A program made the position numbers and the translations under genes. From Candidatus Marinacidobacterales bacterium (GTDB lineage Bacteria; Acidobacteriota; Vicinamibacteria; Marinacidobacterales; DATDRI01), in assembly GCA_965226495.1 (NCBI GenBank), contig OZ245365.1, forward strand, positions 64,001-128,000: 64,000 bases of DNA, read 5' to 3'. Within the stretch, counting starts at the first letter, position 1. Each line of letters starts with the position of its first letter. A model generated the notes under the pieces. The model was not told the DNA's origin. It worked only from the letters and a program-made list of their open reading frames with translations, and did no database searches. Below are positions 18,464-27,923 of this stretch, one piece after another.

Positions 18464-19879
18464 GTGGACGACACAGAAGAAATCGGGGGCACGCGTTATC
18501 GGGGGCGCCGCGTGCTCGTGATCGGTCTCGCCCGGAGCGGACTGGCGGCCGTGGAGTTTCTCCTCCGTTGCGGTGCTCAGGTACGTGCCAACGATCGGAA
18601 GCGCGTGGAGGAGCTCCCACCGCGAGTGTTGGAGCTCGCCGAACGGGGTGTCGATTTGGTCACTGGCTCCCATCCGGCGGGACTCGTGAGAGACATCGAT
18701 CTGGTCGTTCTGAGTCCTGGTGTTCCCATGGACGTCAACCCGTTGAAAGAAGCCAGAGAGCAGGGAGTGCCCATTTTGGGAGAGTTGGAGCTGGCGTTTC
18801 GAGCGATCGAGGGGTCGGTGGTGGCAGTGACCGGCACCAAGGGCAAATCGACGACCGCGACGCTCATCGCGGACATCTTGAGTCGAGACGGTCGGTCGGT
18901 CGTGTTGGGCGGCAACATCGGGCAACCGCTCACCAGCTTAGTGGAAAAGGCGGGGAAGGACTCATTCGTAGTGGTAGAGGTTTCGAGCTTCCAACTCGAA
19001 ACGACGGTGAGTTTTCGACCAAGAGTCGTGGTACTTCTCAACGTGACACCCGACCATCTGGACAGGCACCCATCTTTCGAAGCGTACCGCGAGGCCAAGG
19101 CGCGCATCTTTGCCAATCAGGAGCAGGAAGATTGGGCCGTAGTCTACGGCGGCAATCCCCTGACGATGGATATGGGTTCTAGAAGTCGATCGCAGAAGAT
19201 CTATTACAGTCTCGATTGCATGGGTGACAAGATGCCTCACGTTTGCGTCAAGGAGGGGTGGATCGTAAGACACGAGGACGCGTTCACCTACGAATGGATA
19301 CCGTTAGAGAGCATTTCCATTCCCGGCGAGCACAACGTGGAGAACGTGATGGCGGCCGCCGCGGCGGCGGCAACTCTTGGGGTTCCGGTCGAAGCGATGA
19401 GGGAGGCGGTGGCCAGCTTTCCAGGCATTCCGCACGCCCTCGAGAGGGTCGCCAAGATTGCGGGGGTTTCGTTTTACGACGACTCGAAAGCCACGAACGT
19501 CGCGGCCGCGCAAGCCGCGATCGCGAGCTTCGATGAGGGCGTGATTTTGGTTTTGGGCGGGCGTTCCAAGGGTGCCGATTTCGAGACGTTGCTCGACGAC
19601 GTCAGGGGGAAGGTCAAATTAGTGTTGGCTCTCGGCGAAGCGAAAGAGCAAATTGCGGGAGTTCTGGGTTCAGACGTCCCAGTGATTATATGCACCGGGT
19701 TACGGGAGGTGGTGGAGCGGGCTTTCGAACACTCGGAGCCGGGAGATACCGTGCTCTTTTCTCCCGCTTGTGCGAGCTTCGATATGTTCGCCGATTACGC
19801 CGAGCGAGGCAGGCTCTTTAGAGAAGAAGTCGAGAGACTCAAGAAGAAGAAACGCCCCGACAGGGGGAAGAGTAAATGA
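18464..19879 (+). CDS. murD: UDP-MurNAc-L-Ala--D-Glu ligase
   Basis: GLARSG, GTKGKSTT, EVSSFQL, DHLDRH, DSKATN, SPACASFD. Confidence 0.97.
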   Translation: MDDTEEIGGTRYRGRRVLVIGLARSGLAAVEFLLRCGAQVRANDRKRVEELPPRVLELAERGVDLVTGSHPAGLVRDIDLVVLSPGVPMDVNPLKEAREQGVPILGELELAFRAIEGSVVAVTGTKGKSTTATLIADILSRDGRSVVLGGNIGQPLTSLVEKAGKDSFVVVEVSSFQLETTVSFRPRVVVLLNVTPDHLDRHPSFEAYREAKARIFANQEQEDWAVVYGGNPLTMDMGSRSRSQKIYYSLDCMGDKMPHVCVKEGWIVRHEDAFTYEWIPLESISIPGEHNVENVMAAAAAAATLGVPVEAMREAVASFPGIPHALERVAKIAGVSFYDDSKATNVAAAQAAIASFDEGVILVLGGRSKGADFETLLDDVRGKVKLVLALGEAKEQIAGVLGSDVPVIICTGLREVVERAFEHSEPGDTVLFSPACASFDMFADYAERGRLFREEVERLKKKKRPDRGKSK

Positions 19880-19903
19880 CGGCCCGTCAGGGCCGTCGGC
19901 CAG

Positions 19904-19925
19904 GCGTGGGGGTGGGGCCCCAGGC
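19904..19925. repeat. REP-like palindrome, family A
   Basis: gcgtgggggtggggccccaggc in the murD-ftsW spacer. Confidence 0.7.
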
Positions 19926-19970
19926 AATTGAGAAATGCCGGAAAGAGGCAGTAGTAGCGAGCACTAAGTA

Positions 19971-21062
19971 ATGGCCAAGAAACTCTCAGCAGATCGAACG
20001 CTTTTCATCGTCACCATCGGATTGGTGTCGTTCGGCCTGGCTATGCTCTACAGCGCTTCGGCGGTCGTTGCCGATGCAGCGCATCGAGGGCCCAATTTCT
20101 TTCTCATCAAACAGCTCATCTGGGCGGCCTTGGGTCTGGCGGTCATGACAGTGTTGATGAAGATGGACTACCGCAGACTTCGACAGCCGGTTCTGGTCTA
20201 CGGTTTTCTTATCTTAACCGTGGTTTTTCTCATCGCGGTGCTCTTCTCTCCGCCGCTTAAGAACGCACACCGATGGCTTCGCTTTAGTCTGCTTTCGTTC
20301 CAACCTTCGGAGATGGCGAAACTGTCGTTGATCTTGACGGTGGCTTACCTATTGGATCAGAAGCGCGAGCGGATCGACGATTTCTTTGGTGGGCTCTTTC
20401 TTCCTTTGGCCGTCACTGGGTTTCTGGCCTTTCTGGTTCTCATCGAGCCGGATTTCGGCACCGCCACGTGCCTGGCGTTCGTTGGTTTCTGCCTTTTCTT
20501 CGTGGCCGGAGCTCCCTTTCGTTACCTGGCAGGACTCGGCATGGCGGCGGCACCCCTGATGTACCTTTTGATTGTTCGAGTGGACTATCGCCGGGAGCGG
20601 CTACTCGCCTTTATCGATCCATTCGAGGATCCGTTAGGCCGAGGTTTTCAAATCATCCAGTCTCTCATTGCGGTCGGGACGGGCGGAATTCTGGGCGCGG
20701 GGTTCATGCGGAGCCGCCAGAAGCTGTTCTACTTACCAGAGCCGCATACTGACTTCATCTATTCGGTGATCGGTGAAGAATTGGGTTTCGTCGGAGCCGT
20801 GGCGGTGCTGGGCGCCTTCGTGGTGTTGCTGTGGCGGGGCGTCGTCATCGCGCGGCGTGCGCCGGATCTTTTCGGGACTTTGTTGGCGAGCGGACTTACC
20901 GCCCTGATCGTTGGGCAGGCGCTCATGAACATGGGAGTGTCCTTGGGGATGCTTCCCACCACGGGAATACCACTGCCGTTTATTTCGGCGGGTGGGTCTT
21001 CCTTGGTGACATCGTTGGCGGCAGTCGGGCTGCTGCTGGGCATTTCCCAGCATGCGAGGTAA
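19971..21062 (+). CDS. ftsW: SEDS peptidoglycan polymerase FtsW
   Basis: FQPSE.AK, EPDFGT, LPEPHTDFI..GEELG, GIPLPFISAGGSS. Confidence 0.97.
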   Translation: MAKKLSADRTLFIVTIGLVSFGLAMLYSASAVVADAAHRGPNFFLIKQLIWAALGLAVMTVLMKMDYRRLRQPVLVYGFLILTVVFLIAVLFSPPLKNAHRWLRFSLLSFQPSEMAKLSLILTVAYLLDQKRERIDDFFGGLFLPLAVTGFLAFLVLIEPDFGTATCLAFVGFCLFFVAGAPFRYLAGLGMAAAPLMYLLIVRVDYRRERLLAFIDPFEDPLGRGFQIIQSLIAVGTGGILGAGFMRSRQKLFYLPEPHTDFIYSVIGEELGFVGAVAVLGAFVVLLWRGVVIARRAPDLFGTLLASGLTALIVGQALMNMGVSLGMLPTTGIPLPFISAGGSSLVTSLAAVGLLLGISQHAR

Positions 21063-21065
21063 AGG

Positions 21066-22175
21066 TTGTCGGGTAGCCGAAATGGCTTGCGGCTGCTGGT
21101 GGCGGCAGGCGGCACCGGGGGGCATCTCTACCCGGCCCTTGCGGTCGCTCGAGAGCTCAAGCAGCGGGATGCGGAGTCGGAAGTGATCTTCGCGGGTACG
21201 AGGCGGGGATTGGAGGGGAAGGTGGTTCCCCAGGCAGGTTACCCGCTCGAGATACTGAGAGTGGATCCTCTTCGAGGGGGCTCTGTCTTTCGGAAGTTGA
21301 AAGGTCTGTTGCAGATTGGCCCGGCGATGCTCGAGTCCTCGCGTCTACTACGGCGCATCCGTCCTCACATCGTGATGGGGGTAGGCGGCTACGTCTCCGG
21401 CCCCCTACTGGCGGTGGCTGCCGTTTCGGGAGTGCCGACACTCATCCTGGAGCCCAACGCGGAACCGGGGTTGACCAATCGATGGCTATCGCCTTGGGTC
21501 GATGCGGCCGCTCTCGCTTGGGAAGAGACAGGGCGTTTTTTCCGCGGGAAGGGATTCGTCTCTGGTAACCCGGTTCGAGAGGAGATCACGCGTGTCGAGT
21601 CGCGTCCGCCGTGCGAAACGATGCACGTGTTGGTCTTCGGGGGAAGCCAAGGCTCCCTAGCGCTCAACCGCGCCATGGTCGAAACGCTTCCTCACCTCCG
21701 GTCCCATCGGGACCGGTTGCGGATCACCCATCAGACAGGCGAGGCGGGGCTCGAGTGGGTACGAACGGCCTACCAAAAAGAGGGATGGACCGCTCGCGTC
21801 GAAGCCTATTTCGACACGATGGCGAACGAGTACGGAGATTGTGACCTGGTGGTGTCTCGAGCCGGAGCGACGACGTGCGCGGAATTGGCAGCAGCGGGGC
21901 GCGGGGCGGTTTTGGTTCCCCTGCCGCTTGCCGGAGACCACCAGCGAGCGAACGCCGAGGCTATGGCGCGCGCAGGTGCAGCCCGAATGGTTCTACAAGA
22001 AATTCTCACCGGAGAGAATCTGGCCTGCACCCTGATCGATCTCCTGGAGGATCGAGCGGGTCGCCAACGAATGGCGGAGGCCGCGAAAACATTGGCGAGG
22101 CCGGGAGCGGCAGGTGTGATCGTCGATCGTTTGGTGGAACTGGTGGACAAGAATCCGAGGGAGGAGGCGGCGTGA
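21066..22175 (+). CDS. murG: Lipid II GlcNAc transferase
   Basis: GGTGGH.YP, GGY, GNPVR, GGSQG, SRAGA, HQ..NA. Confidence 0.97.
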   Translation: MSGSRNGLRLLVAAGGTGGHLYPALAVARELKQRDAESEVIFAGTRRGLEGKVVPQAGYPLEILRVDPLRGGSVFRKLKGLLQIGPAMLESSRLLRRIRPHIVMGVGGYVSGPLLAVAAVSGVPTLILEPNAEPGLTNRWLSPWVDAAALAWEETGRFFRGKGFVSGNPVREEITRVESRPPCETMHVLVFGGSQGSLALNRAMVETLPHLRSHRDRLRITHQTGEAGLEWVRTAYQKEGWTARVEAYFDTMANEYGDCDLVVSRAGATTCAELAAAGRGAVLVPLPLAGDHQRANAEAMARAGAARMVLQEILTGENLACTLIDLLEDRAGRQRMAEAAKTLARPGAAGVIVDRLVELVDKNPREEAA

Positions 22176-23560
22176 GTGCACCGTTGTTCTCCAGAAAGAC
22201 CCGAATCCATTTCGTGGGCGTAGGCGGAATCGGAATGAGTGGGCTCGCCGAGGTGCTCGTGAACCTCGGCTACCCGGTGAGTGGTTCTGACTTGAGCAAA
22301 GGCGTCGTGGTCGAGCGGCTTCAATCGATAGGAGTCAAGTTCTTCGAGAAACATCGCAAGGACCATGTGCGTGGCGCTGACGTGGTGGTGGTCTCGTCTG
22401 CCGTGCGCTCCGATAATCCAGAGCTCGAGGAGGCCCGGCGACTTCAAATCCCGATCATTCCGCGCGCCGAAATGTTGGCGGAGTTGATGCGGTTGAAATA
22501 CGGCATCGCAGTTGCCGGATCGCATGGAAAGACGTCGACGACTTCGATGGTTTCGGTGCTATTGGCTCGCGGGGGGCTGGATCCAACGATGGTGATCGGC
22601 GGTCGGTTGGGTATCTTGGGGAGCAACGCCAAGTTGGGTCGATCGGACTTCATGGTTGTAGAAGCGGATGAGTCCGACCGCAGCTTCTTGCACCTTTCCC
22701 CGGTGGCGGCGGTGGTCACCGGAATTGATCGCGAGCACCTCGAAGCCTATCGCGACATGGAGGATCTGAAGGACGCCTTCGTGGATTTCGTGAACAAGAT
22801 CCCCTTTTACGGTGCGTCTCTATTGTGTCTGGATGACGAGCGCGTGCAGGATATTTTGCCCCGCATCAAACGACGCTATGTGACCTACGGCTTCTCGACG
22901 CAGGCCGACATTACCGCGGACGCCATCAACCTTTCAGGTATGAATTCTTGCTACCGATTGAAGGTTCGTGGGCAGGAGATGGGCTCGATTAAGCTTCGCG
23001 TTCCGGGGCGGCACAACGTCTTGAATAGCCTCGCGGCGGTGGGCGTGGGGCTAGAGTTGGGTATCTCGCTCGAGGACATCGGTGCGGGGCTCGAGTCTTA
23101 CTCGGGAGTCGACCGAAGATTTCAGGTTAAAGGCGACCATGCGGGGATCCTGGTGGTGGATGATTACGCACACCATCCGACGGAAATACGAGCCAGCTTG
23201 GCCACCGCAAAGGAGGCGTTCGGGCGTCGCACGGTCGTCGTCTTCCAGCCCCATCGTTACTCGCGGGTGAAGGAGCTCTTTGATGACTTTTGTCGAGCCT
23301 TTCATCAGGCGGATCTCTTGTTGGTGACTGAGATCTATCCGGCCGGAGAGGATCCGTTGCCGGACGTATCCGGTCAACGGCTTGCGGACGGTATCAAAGT
23401 GCATGGTCACCGCGATGTCCGCTTCGTCGGTGACCTGCAAACGATTCCCAAGATCTTGGAAGACCAGCTTCTGGAGGGTGACTTGATCATGACGTTGGGA
23501 GCGGGCAGCGTCACATCGCTATCTGATGAACTTGCGGAGATGATTCGTGAACGTGGCTGA
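22172..23560 (+). CDS. murC: UDP-MurNAc--L-Ala ligase
   Basis: GVGGIGMSG, GSHGKTSTT, EADESD, DDYAHHPTE, FQPHRY; GTG start overlaps the murG stop. Confidence 0.97.
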   Translation: MSAPLFSRKTRIHFVGVGGIGMSGLAEVLVNLGYPVSGSDLSKGVVVERLQSIGVKFFEKHRKDHVRGADVVVVSSAVRSDNPELEEARRLQIPIIPRAEMLAELMRLKYGIAVAGSHGKTSTTSMVSVLLARGGLDPTMVIGGRLGILGSNAKLGRSDFMVVEADESDRSFLHLSPVAAVVTGIDREHLEAYRDMEDLKDAFVDFVNKIPFYGASLLCLDDERVQDILPRIKRRYVTYGFSTQADITADAINLSGMNSCYRLKVRGQEMGSIKLRVPGRHNVLNSLAAVGVGLELGISLEDIGAGLESYSGVDRRFQVKGDHAGILVVDDYAHHPTEIRASLATAKEAFGRRTVVVFQPHRYSRVKELFDDFCRAFHQADLLLVTEIYPAGEDPLPDVSGQRLADGIKVHGHRDVRFVGDLQTIPKILEDQLLEGDLIMTLGAGSVTSLSDELAEMIRERG

Positions 23561-24461
23561 ATATCCGGTCGTGCAGCTGGTCACTGCCTTCAAGGAGGCG
23601 GGGGTGCGTTTTCGGCAGGAAGAACCCTTAGCCCGTTTTACGACCGTTGGCTTGGGGGGGCCGGCCGAGGTGTTGGCGTTTCCCGCTTCGACGGAAGAGC
23701 TGCTGTCCGCGGTTCGTTTGGCCAGCGAGCTCAAGGTTCCTGCCCGTGTGTTGGGAGGGGGAAGCAATCTTCTGGTGAGCGACGAAGGCGTTCGCGGAGT
23801 CGTCATTCACACGGGAGCGATGAAGATCGTCGGTTTTGGAGACAAAGGGGAAGTCGAGGCCGAAGCCGGCGCTCATTTTCCTGGGTTGGTAAGGGCTGCC
23901 GTGTCACGGGGGCTACGCGGTCTCGAAGGCGGGGTCGGTATTCCCGGTACGGTGGGTGGTGTCCTGACGATGAATGCCGGCGCCTACGGGTTTTCCATCG
24001 GCGAGTGGGTCGAGCACGTGACGGTGGTTGACCCACAGGGAGAGAAGTTGGAGCTTTCGCGGGAGCAAATCGATTTTCGCTATCGTCATTCTTCTTTCGG
24101 AGGCGAGCTCGTGGTGGCGAGATGCCGAGTGAAGTTGGCTGAGGATGATCCGCGGGCTATCCGCGCGGACATGGAAAAACAGCTAGCCGATCGGAAGACC
24201 AACCAGCCGGTCGGGGTGAAGAGTGCCGGCTGCATCTTCAAGAATCCATCGGGCGATTCGGCCGGCCGGATCATCGATAGCTTGGGGTTGAAAGGTCGGC
24301 GTGTGAACGGTGCGCGAGTCTCCGAGGTCCATGCAAACTTTTTTGTTCACGACGGCACGGCGACAACGGCGGATGTCCTGGCCCTCATCGAGCAGATCAA
24401 GGAGAAGGTTTACCAGGCTACCTCTATCGAGTTGGAGGAGGAGGTTCGACAGTGGACTTAG
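23547..24461 (+). CDS. murB: UDP-N-acetylmuramate dehydrogenase
   Basis: GGGSNLL, GIPGTVGG...MNAGAYG, SAGCIFKNP, HANF. Confidence 0.97.
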   Translation: MNVAEYPVVQLVTAFKEAGVRFRQEEPLARFTTVGLGGPAEVLAFPASTEELLSAVRLASELKVPARVLGGGSNLLVSDEGVRGVVIHTGAMKIVGFGDKGEVEAEAGAHFPGLVRAAVSRGLRGLEGGVGIPGTVGGVLTMNAGAYGFSIGEWVEHVTVVDPQGEKLELSREQIDFRYRHSSFGGELVVARCRVKLAEDDPRAIRADMEKQLADRKTNQPVGVKSAGCIFKNPSGDSAGRIIDSLGLKGRRVNGARVSEVHANFFVHDGTATTADVLALIEQIKEKVYQATSIELEEEVRQWT

Positions 24462-25345
24462 AAAAGCGATCGAAGGGGAGTAAGGCCTCTTCCGAGCTTT
24501 TCTTGAGGAGGCGTGTCCGTCCTCGGCGCGCCTCTAGAAGAGCGGTCTTGGTGGCGCTGCGTTGGATGGGAGCAGTCACCGGGCTCGCGATTCTCGTCGC
24601 CGCGGGGTTTTGGACCGCCGCGGCGGCGGGGCGAGCTCCCGAGCTTGCGGTTAGCAGAATTCTTGTTGAAGGGAACAATCGACTGGCAGAGGGGGAGATT
24701 CTTGAAGCGCTAGGGCTTCATCCGGGTTCGAATATTCTCACGTTGGACCTCGATACTTTGAAGCAGAAACTGCTCCTTTCGGCGTGGGTGAAGGATGTGG
24801 AGCTGGCGCGGATTCTTCCCGCAACACTCACTCTCAAGCTAGAGGAGCGCGTCCCGCTCGGAATCGCGGTGGTGGATCGTCTTTACCTCATCGATGCCAG
24901 CGGGGTGTTTCTCGACGAAATGGGTCCTGGTTACGGAGACCTTGCGCTTCCTGTGGTGAGCGGACTCACCGACCAGCGAGGGGAGTTACTACCCGGTCGC
25001 CGCGAACTGGCGGGACGAGTTCTTTCGGCTTTGGCGGCCGATGAAAGGCTCGAGGCGGCGGTCTCGGAGATCGACGTCTCGGGAGGCGCCGACTCGATCC
25101 AAGTCTTGCTTCGCCATCCGCCGCTCGCCATCATCGGAGGGGAAGCCGACCTGGCTTCTCGCCTCCAGGAGATCATTCCACTTACGGAAGAGATTCAAAA
25201 TCGTTTTTCATCGGTTGACGCTGTGGACGTGCGATTCCAAGGACGCGTGTACTTGCAACTCGCCGCGCCCGAAATGTCGGAGGACGTCGTGCTCGAGACG
25301 TCTGAAGATGTTGTCGAAGAGCTGGTCCCGGCTGGGGGGAGGTGA
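24452..25345 (+). CDS. ftsQ: Cell division protein FtsQ/DivIB (POTRA)
   Basis: Basic N-terminus, TM helix, POTRA pattern (V.GN..L, WVK.V...R.LP.TL...EER.P), DVRF motif; precedes ftsA. Confidence 0.88.
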   Translation: MDLEKRSKGSKASSELFLRRRVRPRRASRRAVLVALRWMGAVTGLAILVAAGFWTAAAAGRAPELAVSRILVEGNNRLAEGEILEALGLHPGSNILTLDLDTLKQKLLLSAWVKDVELARILPATLTLKLEERVPLGIAVVDRLYLIDASGVFLDEMGPGYGDLALPVVSGLTDQRGELLPGRRELAGRVLSALAADERLEAAVSEIDVSGGADSIQVLLRHPPLAIIGGEADLASRLQEIIPLTEEIQNRFSSVDAVDVRFQGRVYLQLAAPEMSEDVVLETSEDVVEELVPAGGR

Positions 25346-26598
25346 TCGTCCTGACCAAGAAAGAGAGATACATCGTTGGCATCGACATTGGCACTGCCAA
25401 GGTGACTGCCATCGTCAGCGAGGTAACGGAGGAAGGTCGTCTAGAGATCATCGGTATCGGGTCGACCGAGTCCAAGGGTTTGCGCAAGGGGATGGTGATC
25501 AACCTGGAGCAGACCGTCGAGTCCATCAAGCGCGTGGTCGAGGAGGCGGAGCTCATGGCCGGGGTCGAAATCGAATCGGCCTACGTCGGTCTCGCCGGGG
25601 GGCACATCAAAGGTTTCAACAGCCGAGCGGTGGTGGCGATCACTAGCAAGACCCGTGAGATCGGTAGGGAAGACGTCTACCGAGCCATCGAAGCCGCCAA
25701 AGCCATTCCGTTGCCAAGCGACCGGGAGATTGTCCACGTGCTGCCGCAAGAGTTCGTAGTGGATGGGCACGACGGAATCTTCGATCCCACTGGGATGACC
25801 GGTAGCCGACTCGAAGCCAACGTGCACATCATCACCGCGAGCACGACTGCCATCCAAAACATCGTGACGTGTGTGAATCGCGCCGGGATGGAAGTCATCG
25901 AGACGGTACTGGAACAGTTGGCAGCGGCTGAAGCATGCCTGACCGACGACGAAAGGGAGCTCGGCGTCGCCTTGCTCGATATCGGTGGAGGAACTACTGA
26001 TATCGCCATCTTCGACAAAGGTACGATCTGGCACACCTCGGTCTTGCCGACCGGCGGAGATCACTTCACCAACGACGTCGCGGTTGGATTGCGCACCCCC
26101 ATCTTGGAGGCGGAGAAGATCAAGAAGAAATACGGTTGCGCTTTGGCGACGATGGTGTCGGAGGAGGACACCATCGAGGTGCCGAGTGTAGGGGGGCGGA
26201 AACCGCGTATCCTCGGACGCCAGATCCTGGCGGACATTCTTCAACCGCGAGCGGAAGAGATCTGCCACTTGGTGTTTCAAGAGATTCGTCGCGCCGGCTA
26301 CGAGCGAACCTTGAACTCGGGTGTGGTCATCACTGGTGGAAGCGCCTCTTTGGAGGGACTTCCCGAAGTGGCAGAGCGAGTCTTCGATATGCCGATTCGT
26401 CGGGGGGTTCCGACCGGTATCGGAGGACTCGTCGATGTCGTAGCCAGCCCTTCTTATGCAACCGGGGTGGGGTTGGTACTTTATGGGCTTAGAAGCAGGT
26501 CAAATCGCCTCTTGCCTCGCGTTACGGTGGGATCGCCATTAGGGCGGGCGGCGGCGCGGGTGCGTGAGTGGCTACACGCAATGTCAATCAGTTTTTGA
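25342..26598 (+). CDS. ftsA: Cell division protein FtsA
   Basis: GIDIGT.K, DIGGGTTD, GG.HFTND, GVVITGG. Confidence 0.97.
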   Translation: MIVLTKKERYIVGIDIGTAKVTAIVSEVTEEGRLEIIGIGSTESKGLRKGMVINLEQTVESIKRVVEEAELMAGVEIESAYVGLAGGHIKGFNSRAVVAITSKTREIGREDVYRAIEAAKAIPLPSDREIVHVLPQEFVVDGHDGIFDPTGMTGSRLEANVHIITASTTAIQNIVTCVNRAGMEVIETVLEQLAAAEACLTDDERELGVALLDIGGGTTDIAIFDKGTIWHTSVLPTGGDHFTNDVAVGLRTPILEAEKIKKKYGCALATMVSEEDTIEVPSVGGRKPRILGRQILADILQPRAEEICHLVFQEIRRAGYERTLNSGVVITGGSASLEGLPEVAERVFDMPIRRGVPTGIGGLVDVVASPSYATGVGLVLYGLRSRSNRLLPRVTVGSPLGRAAARVREWLHAMSISF

Positions 26599-26622
26599 TT
26601 CCTCGATAAGGGAGGTGGGTGA

Positions 26623-27846
26623 ATGATTCGTTTCGAAGACGACGATTTGTCGGCAGATACACCGAAGGATTTCGCATCTGAAGAAGACCTCGTCACTGGG
26701 GCTAGGATCAAGGTGATCGGAGTGGGCGGAGGAGGAGGCAACGCCGTGAATCGGATGATCGCTTCTCGCATCGGGGGGATCGAGTTCCTTTCTGCGAACA
26801 CCGACGCACAAGCGCTCCGCACGAACCACGCCACAACCAAGATACAGCTCGGTGAGAAGCTCACCAAAGGGCTGGGCTGCGGAGCGCAACCGGAGGTGGG
26901 CCGCCAGGCGGCACTCGAGGATACAGAAAAAATCCTAGAGATCCTCGAGGGAGCCGACATGGTGTTCATCACTGCCGGTCTCGGAGGCGGAACCGGAACC
27001 GGTGGCGCGCCCATCGTCGCCTCACTGGCGAGTGAGCTCGGTGCGCTGACGGTGGCGGTTGTAACGAAGCCGTTCACGTTCGAAGGCAAGCGTCGCATGG
27101 CGCAGGCCGATCAGGGGATCCGTGAGCTTCGCGACTGCGTCGATACGCTCATCTGCATCCCGAATGACCGGTTGCTCGCAACCGTCGAAAGGGATACGCC
27201 CCTGCCCGAAGCGTTCAGCGTAGCCGACGATGTCTTGCGGCAGGCCGTCCAGGGCATCTCCGATCTGATCACCGTCCCGGGCCTGATCAACTTGGATTTT
27301 GCCGACGTCAAGACCATCATGCGCGGCATGGGCGATGCGGTGATGGGCACCGGTATTGCCAGCGGAGAGAATCGCGCCGTGGAAGCCGCCCAGAAGGCCA
27401 TTTCCAGCCCGCTTCTCGAAGACACTTCGATCCAAGGGGCGAAGGGGGTCATCATCAATATCACCGGCGGCGACGACCTGAGCCTCAGCGAGGTGAACGA
27501 AGCGTCTTCGATCATTCACCAAGAGGCCGACGAGGACGCGGTCATCATCTTCGGCGCGGTCATGGAGCCCAAGATGGAAGGGAAGGTCAAGATCACCGTC
27601 ATCGCCACCGGCTTCCCGAGGAGCGAAAAGGCGGGCCGTTTGCAGCGAGCTACGACTCCGGTGGACATGCAGAACTACCAGTCGGTGGTCCGCGAGGGTA
27701 CCACCGGTGGGAGCAGCTTCTACCGTCCGGGAAGCGAAGAGAGCAATGTGGACAGTGCTCTCAACTCGGATTTGGACTTCGGTCCGGTGGAAGAGGCTGA
27801 AGGGGAGGATCTCGACGTTCCGACGTTTTTGAGAAAATCGAAATAG
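26623..27846 (+). CDS. ftsZ: Cell division protein FtsZ
   Basis: [15 protein letters not shown] signature, INLDFAD, C-terminal LDVPTFLR. Confidence 0.99.
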   Translation: MIRFEDDDLSADTPKDFASEEDLVTGARIKVIGVGGGGGNAVNRMIASRIGGIEFLSANTDAQALRTNHATTKIQLGEKLTKGLGCGAQPEVGRQAALEDTEKILEILEGADMVFITAGLGGGTGTGGAPIVASLASELGALTVAVVTKPFTFEGKRRMAQADQGIRELRDCVDTLICIPNDRLLATVERDTPLPEAFSVADDVLRQAVQGISDLITVPGLINLDFADVKTIMRGMGDAVMGTGIASGENRAVEAAQKAISSPLLEDTSIQGAKGVIINITGGDDLSLSEVNEASSIIHQEADEDAVIIFGAVMEPKMEGKVKITVIATGFPRSEKAGRLQRATTPVDMQNYQSVVREGTTGGSSFYRPGSEESNVDSALNSDLDFGPVEEAEGEDLDVPTFLRKSK

Positions 27847-27900
27847 CTTTTTTGCGAGACCCCGCCAACTCGGTCCAGGCGGAGTTGTCTACGCCGTTCT

Positions 27901-27921
27901 GGGAGAGGGTGGGGTGAGGGG
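27901..27921. repeat. REP-like element, family B (partial)
   Basis: gggagagggtggggtgagggg, matching the copy at 49523-49555; abuts the kinase start. Confidence 0.65.
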
Positions 27922-27923
27922 TC

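Noticed and set aside
25441-26280. 279-aa antisense ORF over ftsA, and similar ORFs at 28368-29498, 57954-58715, 8291-8959 and 46396-47067
   Set aside because: Shadow ORFs expected from GC-rich codon usage opposite well-supported genes; no recognisable motifs
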